From positions 1-55,101 of IMG/VR virus record IMGVR_UViG_3300029448_000053: DNA of 55,101 nucleotides; one strand, given 5' to 3'. The notes below the pieces were generated by a model that was not told the origin of the DNA, ran no database searches, and saw only the letters and a program-made list of their open reading frames with translations. Source of the DNA: a virus (Duplodnaviria; Caudoviricetes). Numbering within the stretch: the stretch's first letter is position 1; each line of letters opens with the position of its first letter. Position numbers and translations under genes: made by a program. Shown here piece by piece: positions 54,793 through 55,101 of the stretch.

Positions 54793-55101
54793 CTATGCCG
54801 CTAAGACATCTGTTACTATTCTTGTTATTCTCTCCGCCGCTTCTTTCTCGTTAAAGAAGCCGTGGAAGTTCGTCGTCATTATGACCTCGTTCTTATGGTA
54901 TAAAGTGCCGACCCCTTGTTTCACTACTGTTTTGTAAAGAGAGCCGGTTACGTTCCCATATTTACCACCAAAGAACAACTCTTCACGAGCACCCGAAAAC
55001 GAGTATATCTCATCGGTCAAGTTCTTTAGTCCTTCGGCTGACGCATCGGTCAAGTCATTGGTGTTTTCTATTTCATCACCTAATTGACTTTGAACATAGG
55101 T
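54793..55101 (-). CDS. 3' end of a probable tape measure protein (partial)
   Basis: Frame open from the window edge; C-terminal TTNFHG...EAAERITRIV end; sits before the tail-hub gene. Confidence 0.5.
   Translation of the reverse strand, partial: TYVQSQLGDEIENTNDLTDASAEGLKNLTDEIYSFSGAREELFFGGKYGNVTGSLYKTVVKQGVGTLYHKNEVIMTTNFHGFFNEKEAAERITRIVTDVLAA

Noticed and set aside
1-55101. tRNA genes, integrase, transposase, and the many antisense 60-130 aa ORFs in the track
   Set aside because: No cloverleaf or recombinase motifs recognised by eye; the antisense ORFs are shadows of longer, motif-bearing genes

Overview
The window is about 55 kb of a tailed (HK97-fold) dsDNA virus of an archaeal host. 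Gene content and archaeal-type replication proteins best fit a magrovirus-like virus of marine Poseidoniales (MGII); this host call is inferred, not verified. Layout: (1) a minus-strand virion and packaging module at 1-13.4 kb (neck/adaptors, fibre-like protein, major capsid, cement, prohead protease/scaffold, portal, TerL, metallophosphoesterase), continued at 47.6-55.1 kb (GNAT, 2245-aa tail protein, partial tape-measure-like ORF); (2) an accessory/control region at 13.5-21.5 kb; (3) a plus-strand run of short coupled early genes at 21.5-31.4 kb; (4) an AT-rich origin candidate at 31.4-31.7 kb, then a replication module (MCM-like helicase, GGCT, RFC, RPA-like, P-loop ATPase, PCNA-like, PolB, Cas4-like nuclease, fused primase, ERCC4 nuclease). 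The most unusual locus is 15.3-21.1 kb. It holds an ~1.1-kb ORF-free, extensively base-paired RNA candidate, then an 899-aa TM-amidoligase-Zn-TM-class II glutamine amidotransferase fusion whose catalytic Cys is internal, then repeated structured leaders in front of mini-ORFs. Copies of a fixed-spacing ~72-bp element bracket the locus. All calls come from reading motifs by eye; no searches or folding programs were run.
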